The notes below the pieces were generated by a model. That model was not told the origin of the DNA, did no database searches, and was given only the letters and a program-made list of their open reading frames with translations. Shown piece by piece: positions 18,178-25,740 of a stretch of DNA of 51,939 nt. The DNA lies in the IMG/VR virus record IMGVR_UViG_3300044723_003553, positions 1 to 51,939 of that record. The stretch is one strand, 5' to 3'. This stretch comes from a virus. Lineage: Duplodnaviria > Caudoviricetes. A program made the position numbers and the translations under genes. How positions within the stretch are numbered: position 1 is the first letter of the stretch; the number at the start of each line of letters is the position of its first letter.

Positions 18178-18741
18178 ATGAATAGTGTACCAAATGTAAC
18201 ATTCCGCACTCGCGTTCGTGACGAGAGCATTGAAGGTCCTAATCCATACCGTTGGGAGGACGTAACCACAGCAGACTTGTTCGCAAATCTTCGAGTTGTA
18301 GTATTCAGCTTGCCTGGTGCTTTCACACCAACCTGCTCAACCTATCAGCTTCCAGACTTTGAGAAGCTATATGGTGAGTTTGCAGCAGAAGGTATTGATC
18401 GCATCTATTGCGTAACAGTGAATGATGCTTTTGTATGTAATGCATGGGCACGTGAACAAGGTCTAGAGCATGTAGAAGTTATCCCAGACGGTAGTGGCAA
18501 GTTCACTCGTATGATGGGTATGCTAGTTGACAAAGATAACCTAGGCTTTGGCATGCGTAGTTGGCGTTATGCAATGCTAGTTGACGATGGCGACATCGTT
18601 GAGCAGTGGGCAGAGCCAGGCTTTATGGATAACGCAGAAGATGATCCTTACGGTGAAACAAGCCCACAGGTTATTCTCGAGCGTGTAAAGAAGCTCAGTG
18701 GCAATACCAAATCAGTTATTGGTAGTGCTATTGGTGCATAA
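18178..18741 (+). CDS. peroxiredoxin (Prx5 type)
   Basis: LPGAFTPTCS, VNDAFV, RSWRYAM. Confidence 0.93.
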   Translation: MNSVPNVTFRTRVRDESIEGPNPYRWEDVTTADLFANLRVVVFSLPGAFTPTCSTYQLPDFEKLYGEFAAEGIDRIYCVTVNDAFVCNAWAREQGLEHVEVIPDGSGKFTRMMGMLVDKDNLGFGMRSWRYAMLVDDGDIVEQWAEPGFMDNAEDDPYGETSPQVILERVKKLSGNTKSVIGSAIGA

Positions 18742-18747
18742 GTGATT

Positions 18748-18822
18748 GCGGGTGTAGCTCAGTGGTAGAGCATCTGGTTGCCAACGAGAATGTCGTGAGT
18801 TCGAATCTCATCACCCGCTCCA
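18748..18822 (+). tRNA. tRNA-Gly(GCC)
   Basis: GCGGGTG/CACCCGC+T+CCA; loop TT-GCC-AA; one G:G mismatch in anticodon stem. Confidence 0.9.
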
Positions 18823-18827
18823 TTATA

Positions 18828-18845
18828 GGGCGATATCGCCCACCA
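18828..18845 (+). other. tRNA acceptor-stem-only element (microhelix + ACCA)
   Basis: GGGCGAT-ATCGCCC-A-CCA, 5 nt after tRNA-Gly. Confidence 0.65.
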
Positions 18846-18862
18846 TTTTTTAGGAGATAGAT

Positions 18863-19222
18863 ATGCAGAAGTTTGTAGTAGATTGTTGGAACGGTGTCAT
18901 GGATCATAATCATAATCCTCTCAGACACATTCAAGATCTTCAGGTTAGACATATGGTACTTCAAGTACTAGCATGGATGTGGTGTCTAATTTTTGCAATG
19001 AGTGTAGGTAGCTGGACAGTATGGGGTATTAGTGTAATCGCACATCTACTTCTTATTGCAGGTATTGTAGTAACTGTTGGCACATTTGCAACAGCGAAAA
19101 GAGCACCAAACAGTTTTGATTTTATCAAAGGTTACCATAGCGGCAGGAGCCGTAATACAGTTTGGATCAACGGCAAGCCAACAAAGCTACCAGCTGGAGA
19201 TCCAGGCGGCGAGCACGAATAA
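18863..19222 (+). CDS. hypothetical two-TM membrane protein
   Basis: AGGAG RBS; two hydrophobic helices. Confidence 0.75.
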   Translation: MQKFVVDCWNGVMDHNHNPLRHIQDLQVRHMVLQVLAWMWCLIFAMSVGSWTVWGISVIAHLLLIAGIVVTVGTFATAKRAPNSFDFIKGYHSGRSRNTVWINGKPTKLPAGDPGGEHE

Positions 19223-19234
19223 AAGGAAATAGAT

Positions 19235-19429
19235 ATGATAGACGTACTACAATATTCAAGTGTTATTCTTTTAAGCATCGCAGTTATTTGCTTGCTAGTA
19301 ATAAGTTTCCTAGATTGGCGATATGCCAAAGGTTTAGAAAAGCGTATTGCTGAACTAGAGTATAAAAACAAGCATAAAATCTTCACAGGTGATAAGCCTG
19401 TAAGTAAACTTAACTGGTCGAATAGGTAA
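19235..19429 (+). CDS. hypothetical membrane protein
   Basis: N-terminal TM then short coiled coil. Confidence 0.6.
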   Translation: MIDVLQYSSVILLSIAVICLLVISFLDWRYAKGLEKRIAELEYKNKHKIFTGDKPVSKLNWSNR

Positions 19430-19432
19430 AGC

Positions 19433-19990
19433 GTGAACATGAATGGTTTACGTACATTAGTTCTTAATGCAAACTATATGCCAGTAAGTATATTTCCTAT
19501 ACATACTGTGCCTGCAGAGTGTGCTATTACTCGCATCTTTAATGGTAGCATGCATAGTGTGATTAATTATGATCGTAAAATTGGACACCCAAGTTTAGAC
19601 ATCTACTGGCCTGCTGTAGTAGCTCGTAACAAGCAGGGCAGAATACGTGAGAGTGTTCGCTTTGCACGTGATACAGTTTACTACAGAGATCATGGAAAAT
19701 GTCAGTATTGTGAGATGCCACTAGAGATGAAACACACAACTTATGATCATGTTATTCCTAGAAGCAAAGGTGGCGGGCACACCTGGGAAAACGTTGTAAT
19801 GAGTTGTAAGAGTTGTAATGGTGCAAAAGGTAACCGTATGCCCAAGGATACCTTTGTACCTATACAACAGCCGTATCGGCCTACATATTGGCAGCTTCTT
19901 GCTAATCGTCGTAAGTTTCCTATTACAGTAGATCACCCAAGTTGGGTGGATTTTTTTGGGGAATGGGAAGCCCAAGTTTATACAAGATAA
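19433..19990 (+). CDS. HNH endonuclease
   Basis: LVLNA.Y.P, RD..KCQYC, DHVIPRSKGG, WENVV..C..CN..K. Confidence 0.92.
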   Translation: MNMNGLRTLVLNANYMPVSIFPIHTVPAECAITRIFNGSMHSVINYDRKIGHPSLDIYWPAVVARNKQGRIRESVRFARDTVYYRDHGKCQYCEMPLEMKHTTYDHVIPRSKGGGHTWENVVMSCKSCNGAKGNRMPKDTFVPIQQPYRPTYWQLLANRRKFPITVDHPSWVDFFGEWEAQVYTR

Positions 19991-20049
19991 TCCACAAAGT
20001 TATACGAACATATTGACGTTAGATATATAATATAGTACTATTATAAAGT

Positions 20050-20125
20050 GGGGCCTTAGCTCATCTGGGAGAGCGATACCTTTGCAAGGTATAGGTGATC
20101 GGTTCGAGTCCGATAGGCTCCACCA
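20050..20125 (+). tRNA. tRNA-Ala(TGC)
   Basis: GGGGCCT/AGGCTCC with G3:U70; ATACC-TTTGCAA-GGTAT; CCA. Confidence 0.95.
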
Positions 20126-20136
20126 TTTTTTATACC

Positions 20137-20210
20137 GCCCCTATAGTTAAACGGTATAACAGTTGATTTGTAATCATCAATTCGCAGTTCGATTCTGTGT
20201 GGGGGCACCA
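20137..20210 (+). tRNA. tRNA-Thr(TGT)
   Basis: GCCCCTA/TGGGGGC+A+CCA; loop TT-TGT-AA. Confidence 0.92.
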
Positions 20211-20241
20211 ATTTTCATAACAAATAGCGATAAATAGGTGC

Positions 20242-20505
20242 ATGACATGGTTTTTTATTTTAGTATTAATGTTTCAGAATGTACCGACTGACGATCAAGT
20301 CTATGTAATTACTGAGCCGCGGTTTCAGTCTGCTGATGAGTGTTTAACATTTGTTGGATTTAATCAACCTACTATTACTACGCTAATGAACCAACAATTT
20401 CCTACGCAAGGAATACGCAATGTCTATTGTGTAACGCAGGAGGTACTAGATAATCTATATAACATACCACCTTCTGATGGAACGGAGGCCAAGCTAGTAC
20501 CATAA
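20242..20505 (+). CDS. hypothetical exported protein
   Basis: Hydrophobic N-terminus, two Cys; GATAAATA upstream. Confidence 0.65.
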   Translation: MTWFFILVLMFQNVPTDDQVYVITEPRFQSADECLTFVGFNQPTITTLMNQQFPTQGIRNVYCVTQEVLDNLYNIPPSDGTEAKLVP

Positions 20506-20604
20506 GGAGATAGCATTATCCGACCCGGTATACAAGTTGTATATATGTGTTACAATTAACATAATAAAGAATTATAGTTTATTTACATTCACAGGAGAAG
20601 TACA

Positions 20605-20871
20605 ATGAGAAGAACATACTTAGCTACAACAGCCATAATTGCTCTCTTAGCAACTAGTGCATGCTCACCAGGACATATTGCAGCCAATAATAATGGGATT
20701 GCAGAATATGTTTGGGTAGGATGCCATCAGGTTACAAAAACTCCAGTAACTGGATCTTATGCATTTAACGCAGTCGGTGATCTTAAAGTTGGAGACTATT
20801 TTTACTTTCAACAATTAGCAAAGGATGGGTCGGTTAGTGATGTTGTCACTGGTAAACCCTGTGAAAGTTAA
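20605..20871 (+). CDS. putative lipoprotein
   Basis: Signal peptide with lipobox-like TSAC; AGGAG RBS. Confidence 0.65.
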   Translation: MRRTYLATTAIIALLATSACSPGHIAANNNGIAEYVWVGCHQVTKTPVTGSYAFNAVGDLKVGDYFYFQQLAKDGSVSDVVTGKPCES

Positions 20872-21135
20872 TTGGCCGCCAAATCTAGGCTCTCTCGTGA
20901 ATTTGACGAGGAGAGGACAACTGAATCTGGGGAACTAGATCAGTTATTAGAGGCGGAGGCTAGCTGGGCTCTTATATTCAGTGATACAGGGGATCTACAA
21001 GGATTATTCATTCCTAAAGGGTACACAGAAGACGACGCCCCAGCATCTTTAGTCGCAATTATTAAAATGTTTAACACGGAGCAAGGATCACACCATGCAA
21101 CGGATCATAGTCAAGAAATTACTACTTACCACTAG
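20872..21135 (+). CDS. hypothetical acidic protein
   Basis: 87-aa ORF, TTG start. Confidence 0.5.
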   Translation: MAAKSRLSREFDEERTTESGELDQLLEAEASWALIFSDTGDLQGLFIPKGYTEDDAPASLVAIIKMFNTEQGSHHATDHSQEITTYH

Positions 21136-21562
21136 TGCGTTAGCACTATTACTAATCTCTACACCTGCGGGAGCCTTTAATCCCGTGGGCAGTAGTAGAG
21201 TTCCTATTCAGGTACCCAGAGACCAAAATCTTCGTGATCCTGAATACGCAAGTGTTCCTATCGTACGTATTGAGAATGTATATGGTAACCAAGTTCAAAT
21301 GAATAACGGTTATTATACTATCAAGTGCGGATACGAACAACAAATTGTTAACCCAACTGATAACAGACATTTCCTTACAAGGTTCCTTTATCCAAAGAAA
21401 CAATATGTGTACGAAAACACACATAACTGCCGCAAGGTTTACCAAGGTACGCCTGAGCACTCTCCCAGTTACTGGGTTTACTATCGTATGCACGGCCAGT
21501 TGTACAAAATTCAGATGCAACATAAACCCAAGAACGCATATATTCAGGTAAGAGTAAATTAA
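21095..21562 (+). CDS. hypothetical secreted protein
   Basis: Signal peptide ending AGA; 155 aa. Confidence 0.65.
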   Translation: MQRIIVKKLLLTTSALALLLISTPAGAFNPVGSSRVPIQVPRDQNLRDPEYASVPIVRIENVYGNQVQMNNGYYTIKCGYEQQIVNPTDNRHFLTRFLYPKKQYVYENTHNCRKVYQGTPEHSPSYWVYYRMHGQLYKIQMQHKPKNAYIQVRVN

Positions 21563-21597
21563 ATGAATGTATTTGTAATTTTTGCTCCTGGATTAGG

Positions 21598-21625
21598 TTG
21601 ACATCTTAGCTCAGTATGCTATTAT
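21598..21625 (+). promoter_or_regulatory. sigma70-like promoter
   Basis: TTGACA-N16-TATTAT with TGC extension. Confidence 0.7.
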
Positions 21626-21661
21626 ACTATTGTTGTTAAAACTTAATAAGGAATTGGAACT

Positions 21662-21823
21662 ATGTCAGAAGTAGAATACGCAGCAAACGAAGCAGTTTTT
21701 GGATTGCAGTTGGATTGGGACAAGGCAGTGAGCTTTGTGGTCCGTAACGCAAAGACAGACAAAAAAACTGCTCGAGCAGTTCTTAAGGATCAAATGACTA
21801 GCTATAACAATGACAATGTATAA
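21662..21823 (+). CDS. hypothetical 53-aa protein
   Basis: MSEVEYAANEAVFGLQLDWDKAVSFVVRNA...; AAGGA upstream; below ORF-track cutoff. Confidence 0.6.
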   Translation: MSEVEYAANEAVFGLQLDWDKAVSFVVRNAKTDKKTARAVLKDQMTSYNNDNV

Positions 21824-22052
21824 AGGGCCAACTTTAGAAGAAACTAGTGCTGTTGACGCAGGGGCAGAATTTGCCTCTGCGTTGATTGAACAAATGGAGC
21901 AAAAACTCCAACAACACAACCAGCTAGATGCCTATGATGTTTACTGCGAATGGGACGATGAAGACCTTACTTCCATGGAAGTTTGGTTACGTGATCGTTC
22001 GGATGACAGTCGAATAGGTCCTCTAGATTACCGGGCAATGATTGCTCATTAA
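21810..22052 (+). CDS. hypothetical acidic protein
   Basis: 80-aa ORF overlapping previous gene. Confidence 0.6.
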   Translation: MTMYKGPTLEETSAVDAGAEFASALIEQMEQKLQQHNQLDAYDVYCEWDDEDLTSMEVWLRDRSDDSRIGPLDYRAMIAH

Positions 22053-22061
22053 CAGAATATA

Positions 22062-22146
22062 GCCCACTTGGTGGAATAGGTATACACAACAGACTTAAAA
22101 TCTGTCTCCTTAGGGATTGCCGGTTCGAGTCCGGCAGTGGGCACCA
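22062..22146 (+). tRNA. tRNA-Leu(TAA)
   Basis: GCCCACT/AGTGGGC+A+CCA; ACAGA-CTTAAAA-TCTGT; long V arm. Confidence 0.95.
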
Positions 22147-22147
22147 A

Positions 22148-22243
22148 GGTCCTGTAGTTTAACGGTAAAACACCCGCCTTATACGCGGTTAGATGTCTCC
22201 AGATTAGAGAGCGATCCCGGTTCGAATCCGGGCAGGACTACCA
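22148..22243 (+). tRNA. tRNA-Ile(TAT) with non-canonical long variable arm
   Basis: GGTCCTG/CAGGACT+A+CCA; CCGC-CTTATAC-GCGG; 26-nt variable region; CCCGG-TTCGAAT-CCGGG; 96 nt. Confidence 0.85.
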
Positions 22244-22250
22244 AATAACC

Positions 22251-22275
22251 GACACCTTCGTCGAAGGTGTCACCA
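22251..22275 (+). other. tRNA acceptor-stem-only element (microhelix + ACCA)
   Basis: GACACCTTCG-T-CGAAGGTGTC-A-CCA inside tRNA array. Confidence 0.65.
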
Positions 22276-22281
22276 AGTTCC

Positions 22282-22304
22282 GGTCAGGTGACTGAGTGGA
22301 TAAA
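22282..22304 (+). pseudogene. 5' fragment of a class II tRNA
   Basis: GGTCAGG-TG-ACTGAGTGGATAAA resembles acceptor 5' strand plus D arm; abuts tRNA-Ser. Confidence 0.5.
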
Positions 22305-22396
22305 GGTGCGTTGGCTGAGTGGTCGAAAGCGGTGGATTGCTAATCCATTGAACGGTGAATTCCGTTCCGAAGGTTCGAATCCTTCACGCACCGCCA
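22305..22396 (+). tRNA. tRNA-Ser(GCT)
   Basis: GGTGCGT/ACGCACC+G+CCA; GTGGA-TTGCTAA-TCCAT; long V arm. Confidence 0.95.
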
Positions 22397-22413
22397 TTTT
22401 ATATAAGAATAGG

Positions 22414-22441
22414 TTGACTTTTATGTAGATTATGTTACTAT
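22414..22441 (+). promoter_or_regulatory. sigma70-like promoter
   Basis: TTGACT-N16-TACTAT with TGT extension. Confidence 0.65.
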
Positions 22442-22510
22442 ATAATAGTTAACCAACTAATTAGACGTGGTGTCTAATAAATGACTGTAACTCGATAAGG
22501 AGAATTATCA

Positions 22511-22783
22511 ATGAAAACTACAGCAACAGCAACCAAGCAGGACCGTGTCCTTGCTGCCCTAGTAGAGGGCAATGAACTAACAGGTGCACAGATCCGTGCA
22601 CGTTTTGGCGTTGGCAATCCACGTGCCACCGTCTCAGCTCTACGCATGAAGGGCTTTCCAATCTACTGCAACGAGCGTGTAGATACAAAGGGTCGTGTTA
22701 AGATGTTCTATCGTCTAGGCACACCAAGCCGCGCAGTTATCGCTGCCGGCTACCGTGCACTTGCTTCTTCAGCATCTGCTTAA
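22511..22783 (+). CDS. winged helix-turn-helix DNA-binding protein
   Basis: ELTGAQIRARFGVGNPRATVSALRMKG HTH followed by beta wing; AAGGAG RBS. Confidence 0.75.
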   Translation: MKTTATATKQDRVLAALVEGNELTGAQIRARFGVGNPRATVSALRMKGFPIYCNERVDTKGRVKMFYRLGTPSRAVIAAGYRALASSASA

Positions 22784-22790
22784 TATGATT

Positions 22791-22820
22791 AAATAGGGGG
22801 GCTTAACAGTCCCCCTATTT
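22791..22820 (+). terminator. intrinsic terminator
   Basis: AAATAGGGGG/CCCCCTATTT hairpin. Confidence 0.75.
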
Positions 22821-22848
22821 CTCTTCAACCCTCATAAATAGATATAGA

Positions 22849-23079
22849 ATGTCCAAAGAGAACTATGTAGAATTCGAAGGCGAAGTCCTTCAGATTTATC
22901 CGGCTGGTAAATTTCAAGTAGAACTAAAACTTGAGAATGATGAAACAAGGAACATTGTTGCACATATTAGTGGTAAGATGCGAATGAATAAGATTAATAT
23001 CTTGGCTGGCGACCAGGTTACAGTGGAAGTAAGTCCATATGATCTTACCCAGGGTCGAATAACGTATAGGCACAAATAG
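22849..23079 (+). CDS. infA: translation initiation factor IF-1
   Basis: [37 protein letters not shown]. Confidence 0.95.
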   Translation: MSKENYVEFEGEVLQIYPAGKFQVELKLENDETRNIVAHISGKMRMNKINILAGDQVTVEVSPYDLTQGRITYRHK

Positions 23080-23197
23080 ATGAACGTATATGCTTGTGTT
23101 CAAAATAAACGAATCCACGGGTTAGAGCGTTGTGAAGGTGAAGTATATCACGATCCAGAATTTATAAAAGATTGTGATTGTAATGGAGTATGTAAAA

Positions 23198-23503
23198 ATG
23201 CTAACAGTAACGACAAAAGCAAAAGAATACTTAGCTAGTGTAGCAAACGGCGGCTATGTAACTCTAAGTGTTAAGGGTGGTGGTTGCAGTGGGTTTCAGT
23301 ATGTATGGGGACTACTAGCAGATGATTCGGAATATAACTGGAGCGATCCTATTGAGGATGTTTTAGTACTAGACCCGCTCGCAGAAATGTATGTATTGGG
23401 CAGTGAAGTAGATTATGTTACAGAGTTAGGTGGCAGTTTCCTAGCAGTTCGAAATCCAGTATCCAAGAGTAGTTGTGGATGTGGCGAGAGTTTTAACGTT
23501 TAA
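23198..23503 (+). CDS. iscA: Fe-S cluster assembly A-type carrier (IscA/HesB family)
   Basis: GGGCSG and CGCGESF motifs; GGAG before ATG 23198. Confidence 0.92.
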   Translation: MLTVTTKAKEYLASVANGGYVTLSVKGGGCSGFQYVWGLLADDSEYNWSDPIEDVLVLDPLAEMYVLGSEVDYVTELGGSFLAVRNPVSKSSCGCGESFNV

Positions 23504-23514
23504 TTCTAAATCTC

Positions 23515-24600
23515 CTAGTCCTTTTTATCTACTACACCACCAGTTATAACTTGATTCATTATTAGAACATCATTGCGTAGAACTTGAACATGTATTTTTG
23601 TTCCTGGTGGCACAGATGTTAATGCATCTCCTACACTTGTCATACTATTAGCTTTTACGCCATTTATTGACACCAGTACATCACCTTTTTTAAGACCGCC
23701 CTGGTCAGCTGGCCCGCCCTCTCTTACCATTTCAATTTTAAGAACACCAGCAATTCTGTCTATTGTGTAAGCGAGACCCAGTTTACTACGTCTTACTTCT
23801 TTGTATTTTATTAACTGGTTTATATTATATTGTGTTAGATTGCCATCAACACTAAAGTTAATACCCACACTGCCTCTGCCCTGGGTATAGATAAAGGTGT
23901 TGACACCAATAACTTCTCCCATCATGTTAAACAAGGGACCGCCACTATTGCCCTGGTTAATAGCAACATCAGTTTGTATAACCTTCTGCCAGGTATTTTG
24001 TAAGCGTCTACCATTATAACTAACAATACCCTTACTAACACTCCATATCATTCCTAATGGATGACCAATAGCAAATACATCGTCTCCTTGACGGACATTA
24101 CTGCTATTAGCCCAGCTAACAGGCGGCCGTAAGTTTAACTGACGCTCACCCTCTATACTTTTCATTTCTACAACAGCAAGATCGCTTAATTTATCGCTAG
24201 CATATAATCTAGCGTTGTAATGCTTTATAGTATTATGGAAGGTAATCTTGTATTCATGTTTCTCATCGTTAGCAACATGTTGGTTTGTTACGAGGTAACG
24301 TTTGCCTTTGTGACTAATTATAAAACAAGTTCCTGACCCAGCATCTGAATCAGGGGATTGAGTTTTTGAGGGACCTAATTTATTCTGTTTAAGATACTCG
24401 TCAAATGGATTCCCTTTTAATCCGTCATCATTAAACTTATCATCAGACTGGCTAGGTTGAATAATTTGGTTAGTAGAGTATGAAATTAGGCACACACTGT
24501 CTATTACTCTCTTTACAGTATTTGGAAACTGAGATGCCTGAGCACTATAACTTAAAAGTACCCAGAGGCTTCCCGCTACTAGCATCGAATTTTTCAACAT
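23515..24600 (-). CDS. HtrA/DegP-family serine protease with PDZ domain
   Basis: Signal peptide, TNQHV, DLAV, GNSGGPL triad, C-terminal PDZ. Confidence 0.92.
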   Translation of the reverse strand: MLKNSMLVAGSLWVLLSYSAQASQFPNTVKRVIDSVCLISYSTNQIIQPSQSDDKFNDDGLKGNPFDEYLKQNKLGPSKTQSPDSDAGSGTCFIISHKGKRYLVTNQHVANDEKHEYKITFHNTIKHYNARLYASDKLSDLAVVEMKSIEGERQLNLRPPVSWANSSNVRQGDDVFAIGHPLGMIWSVSKGIVSYNGRRLQNTWQKVIQTDVAINQGNSGGPLFNMMGEVIGVNTFIYTQGRGSVGINFSVDGNLTQYNINQLIKYKEVRRSKLGLAYTIDRIAGVLKIEMVREGGPADQGGLKKGDVLVSINGVKANSMTSVGDALTSVPPGTKIHVQVLRNDVLIMNQVITGGVVDKKD

Positions 24601-24835
24601 AACGATTAATCTTCCTTGTTCTGGCACTAGCTAATTGTGCAAGTGGCTTACTATAGCAGTCCTTGCAATAATGCGTATTAGTCTTATTCCTGTAGTGTTT
24701 ACTTGATCTTGCAAACTCAACTCCACATTTGTCACACTGTAATATGTAATCAGTACCGAGTGTCTTCACAGTTTCTGATTTACCATTCCGTATACGAGTA
24801 TGGGTGTTAAAAGTTCGTAAAGTATTTACTAACAT
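24545..24835 (-). CDS. small zinc-binding protein
   Basis: CDKC...CKDC; probable true start at 24835 (longer track ORF overlaps opposite-strand gene). Confidence 0.65.
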   Translation of the reverse strand: MLVNTLRTFNTHTRIRNGKSETVKTLGTDYILQCDKCGVEFARSSKHYRNKTNTHYCKDCYSKPLAQLASARTRKINRYVEKFDASSGKPLGTFKL

Positions 24836-24870
24836 ATAAGTACTTAGCAAACGGCTTACTTGCATTAACA

Positions 24871-24878
24871 TATAAATA
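24871..24878 (+). promoter_or_regulatory. T4-type late promoter
   Basis: TATAAATA upstream of structural genes. Confidence 0.7.
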
Positions 24879-24905
24879 CAATATAACATTGTGAAAGGAC
24901 ACATA

Positions 24906-25730
24906 ATGGCCAAGCAAACAATTAATATCGGCAGTAGTGCCAATGACGGATCAGGTGATCCGCTCCGTACTGCCTTCGATAAAGTAAATGATAACTTTGG
25001 AGAGCTATATGCAGTTTCAGGTGCAGGCAGTGGACAAAATATTGCTATTAGCGGACAAAAAATTATCAGTGAAAATACAAACGGTAATATCCAGTTAGAT
25101 CCAAATGGTACTGGTGAAGTACAGTTCTTGAGTGACACTACAATGGGTGATAGTTTCAAACACCAAATGGGTGACGGAGATGACTTTAAAATTTACCACG
25201 ATGGTAGCCACAGTTATATTGTAGACGAAGGTACAGGTAACCTGAAGATTCAGGGCAGTCAAATTGACATCCTGGGTGGTGCTGATGGTGCTGAAACAAT
25301 GGCAACATTTGTAGACGATGGCGCAGTAACACTCTATTATGATAACAGTGCTAAAATTGCAACTGTTACAGCAGGTGTTGATATCACAGGCGACTTGAAT
25401 GTTGATACAATTAACACAGGCGGCCAGGCCCTTTCAGTAGGCGGCGCGGCGACGTTCTCTACTGCGACTGTATCTAACACCCTACAAGCAGGGCTTTTAG
25501 TAGTGGACAGCAATATTTCACTGAATGGTAACAAAATATTTACACAATTATCTAATAGTGACATTGATCTTGATCCAAGCGGAACTGGTACTGTAAATTT
25601 GCGTGTTCCTACACAATCAACAGTAGGCGCAGCAGGTGGTGCCAGTGCTCTACCAGCAACTCCAACAGGATATGCAAAGTTTAAAATTGGCGACACAGAA
25701 TACGTAATTCCATACTACGCAGTATCATAA
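24906..25730 (+). CDS. baseplate/tail-fibre protein with T4 gp9/gp10-like N-terminus
   Basis: KQTINIG..ANDGSGDPLRTAFDKVNDNF.ELY motif. Confidence 0.8.
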   Translation: MAKQTINIGSSANDGSGDPLRTAFDKVNDNFGELYAVSGAGSGQNIAISGQKIISENTNGNIQLDPNGTGEVQFLSDTTMGDSFKHQMGDGDDFKIYHDGSHSYIVDEGTGNLKIQGSQIDILGGADGAETMATFVDDGAVTLYYDNSAKIATVTAGVDITGDLNVDTINTGGQALSVGGAATFSTATVSNTLQAGLLVVDSNISLNGNKIFTQLSNSDIDLDPSGTGTVNLRVPTQSTVGAAGGASALPATPTGYAKFKIGDTEYVIPYYAVS

Positions 25731-25740
25731 GGAGTGACCA

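Noticed and set aside
23080-23238. 52-aa Cys-containing ORF between infA and iscA
   Set aside because: Overlaps iscA by about 40 nt with no clear RBS; plausible but unsupported.
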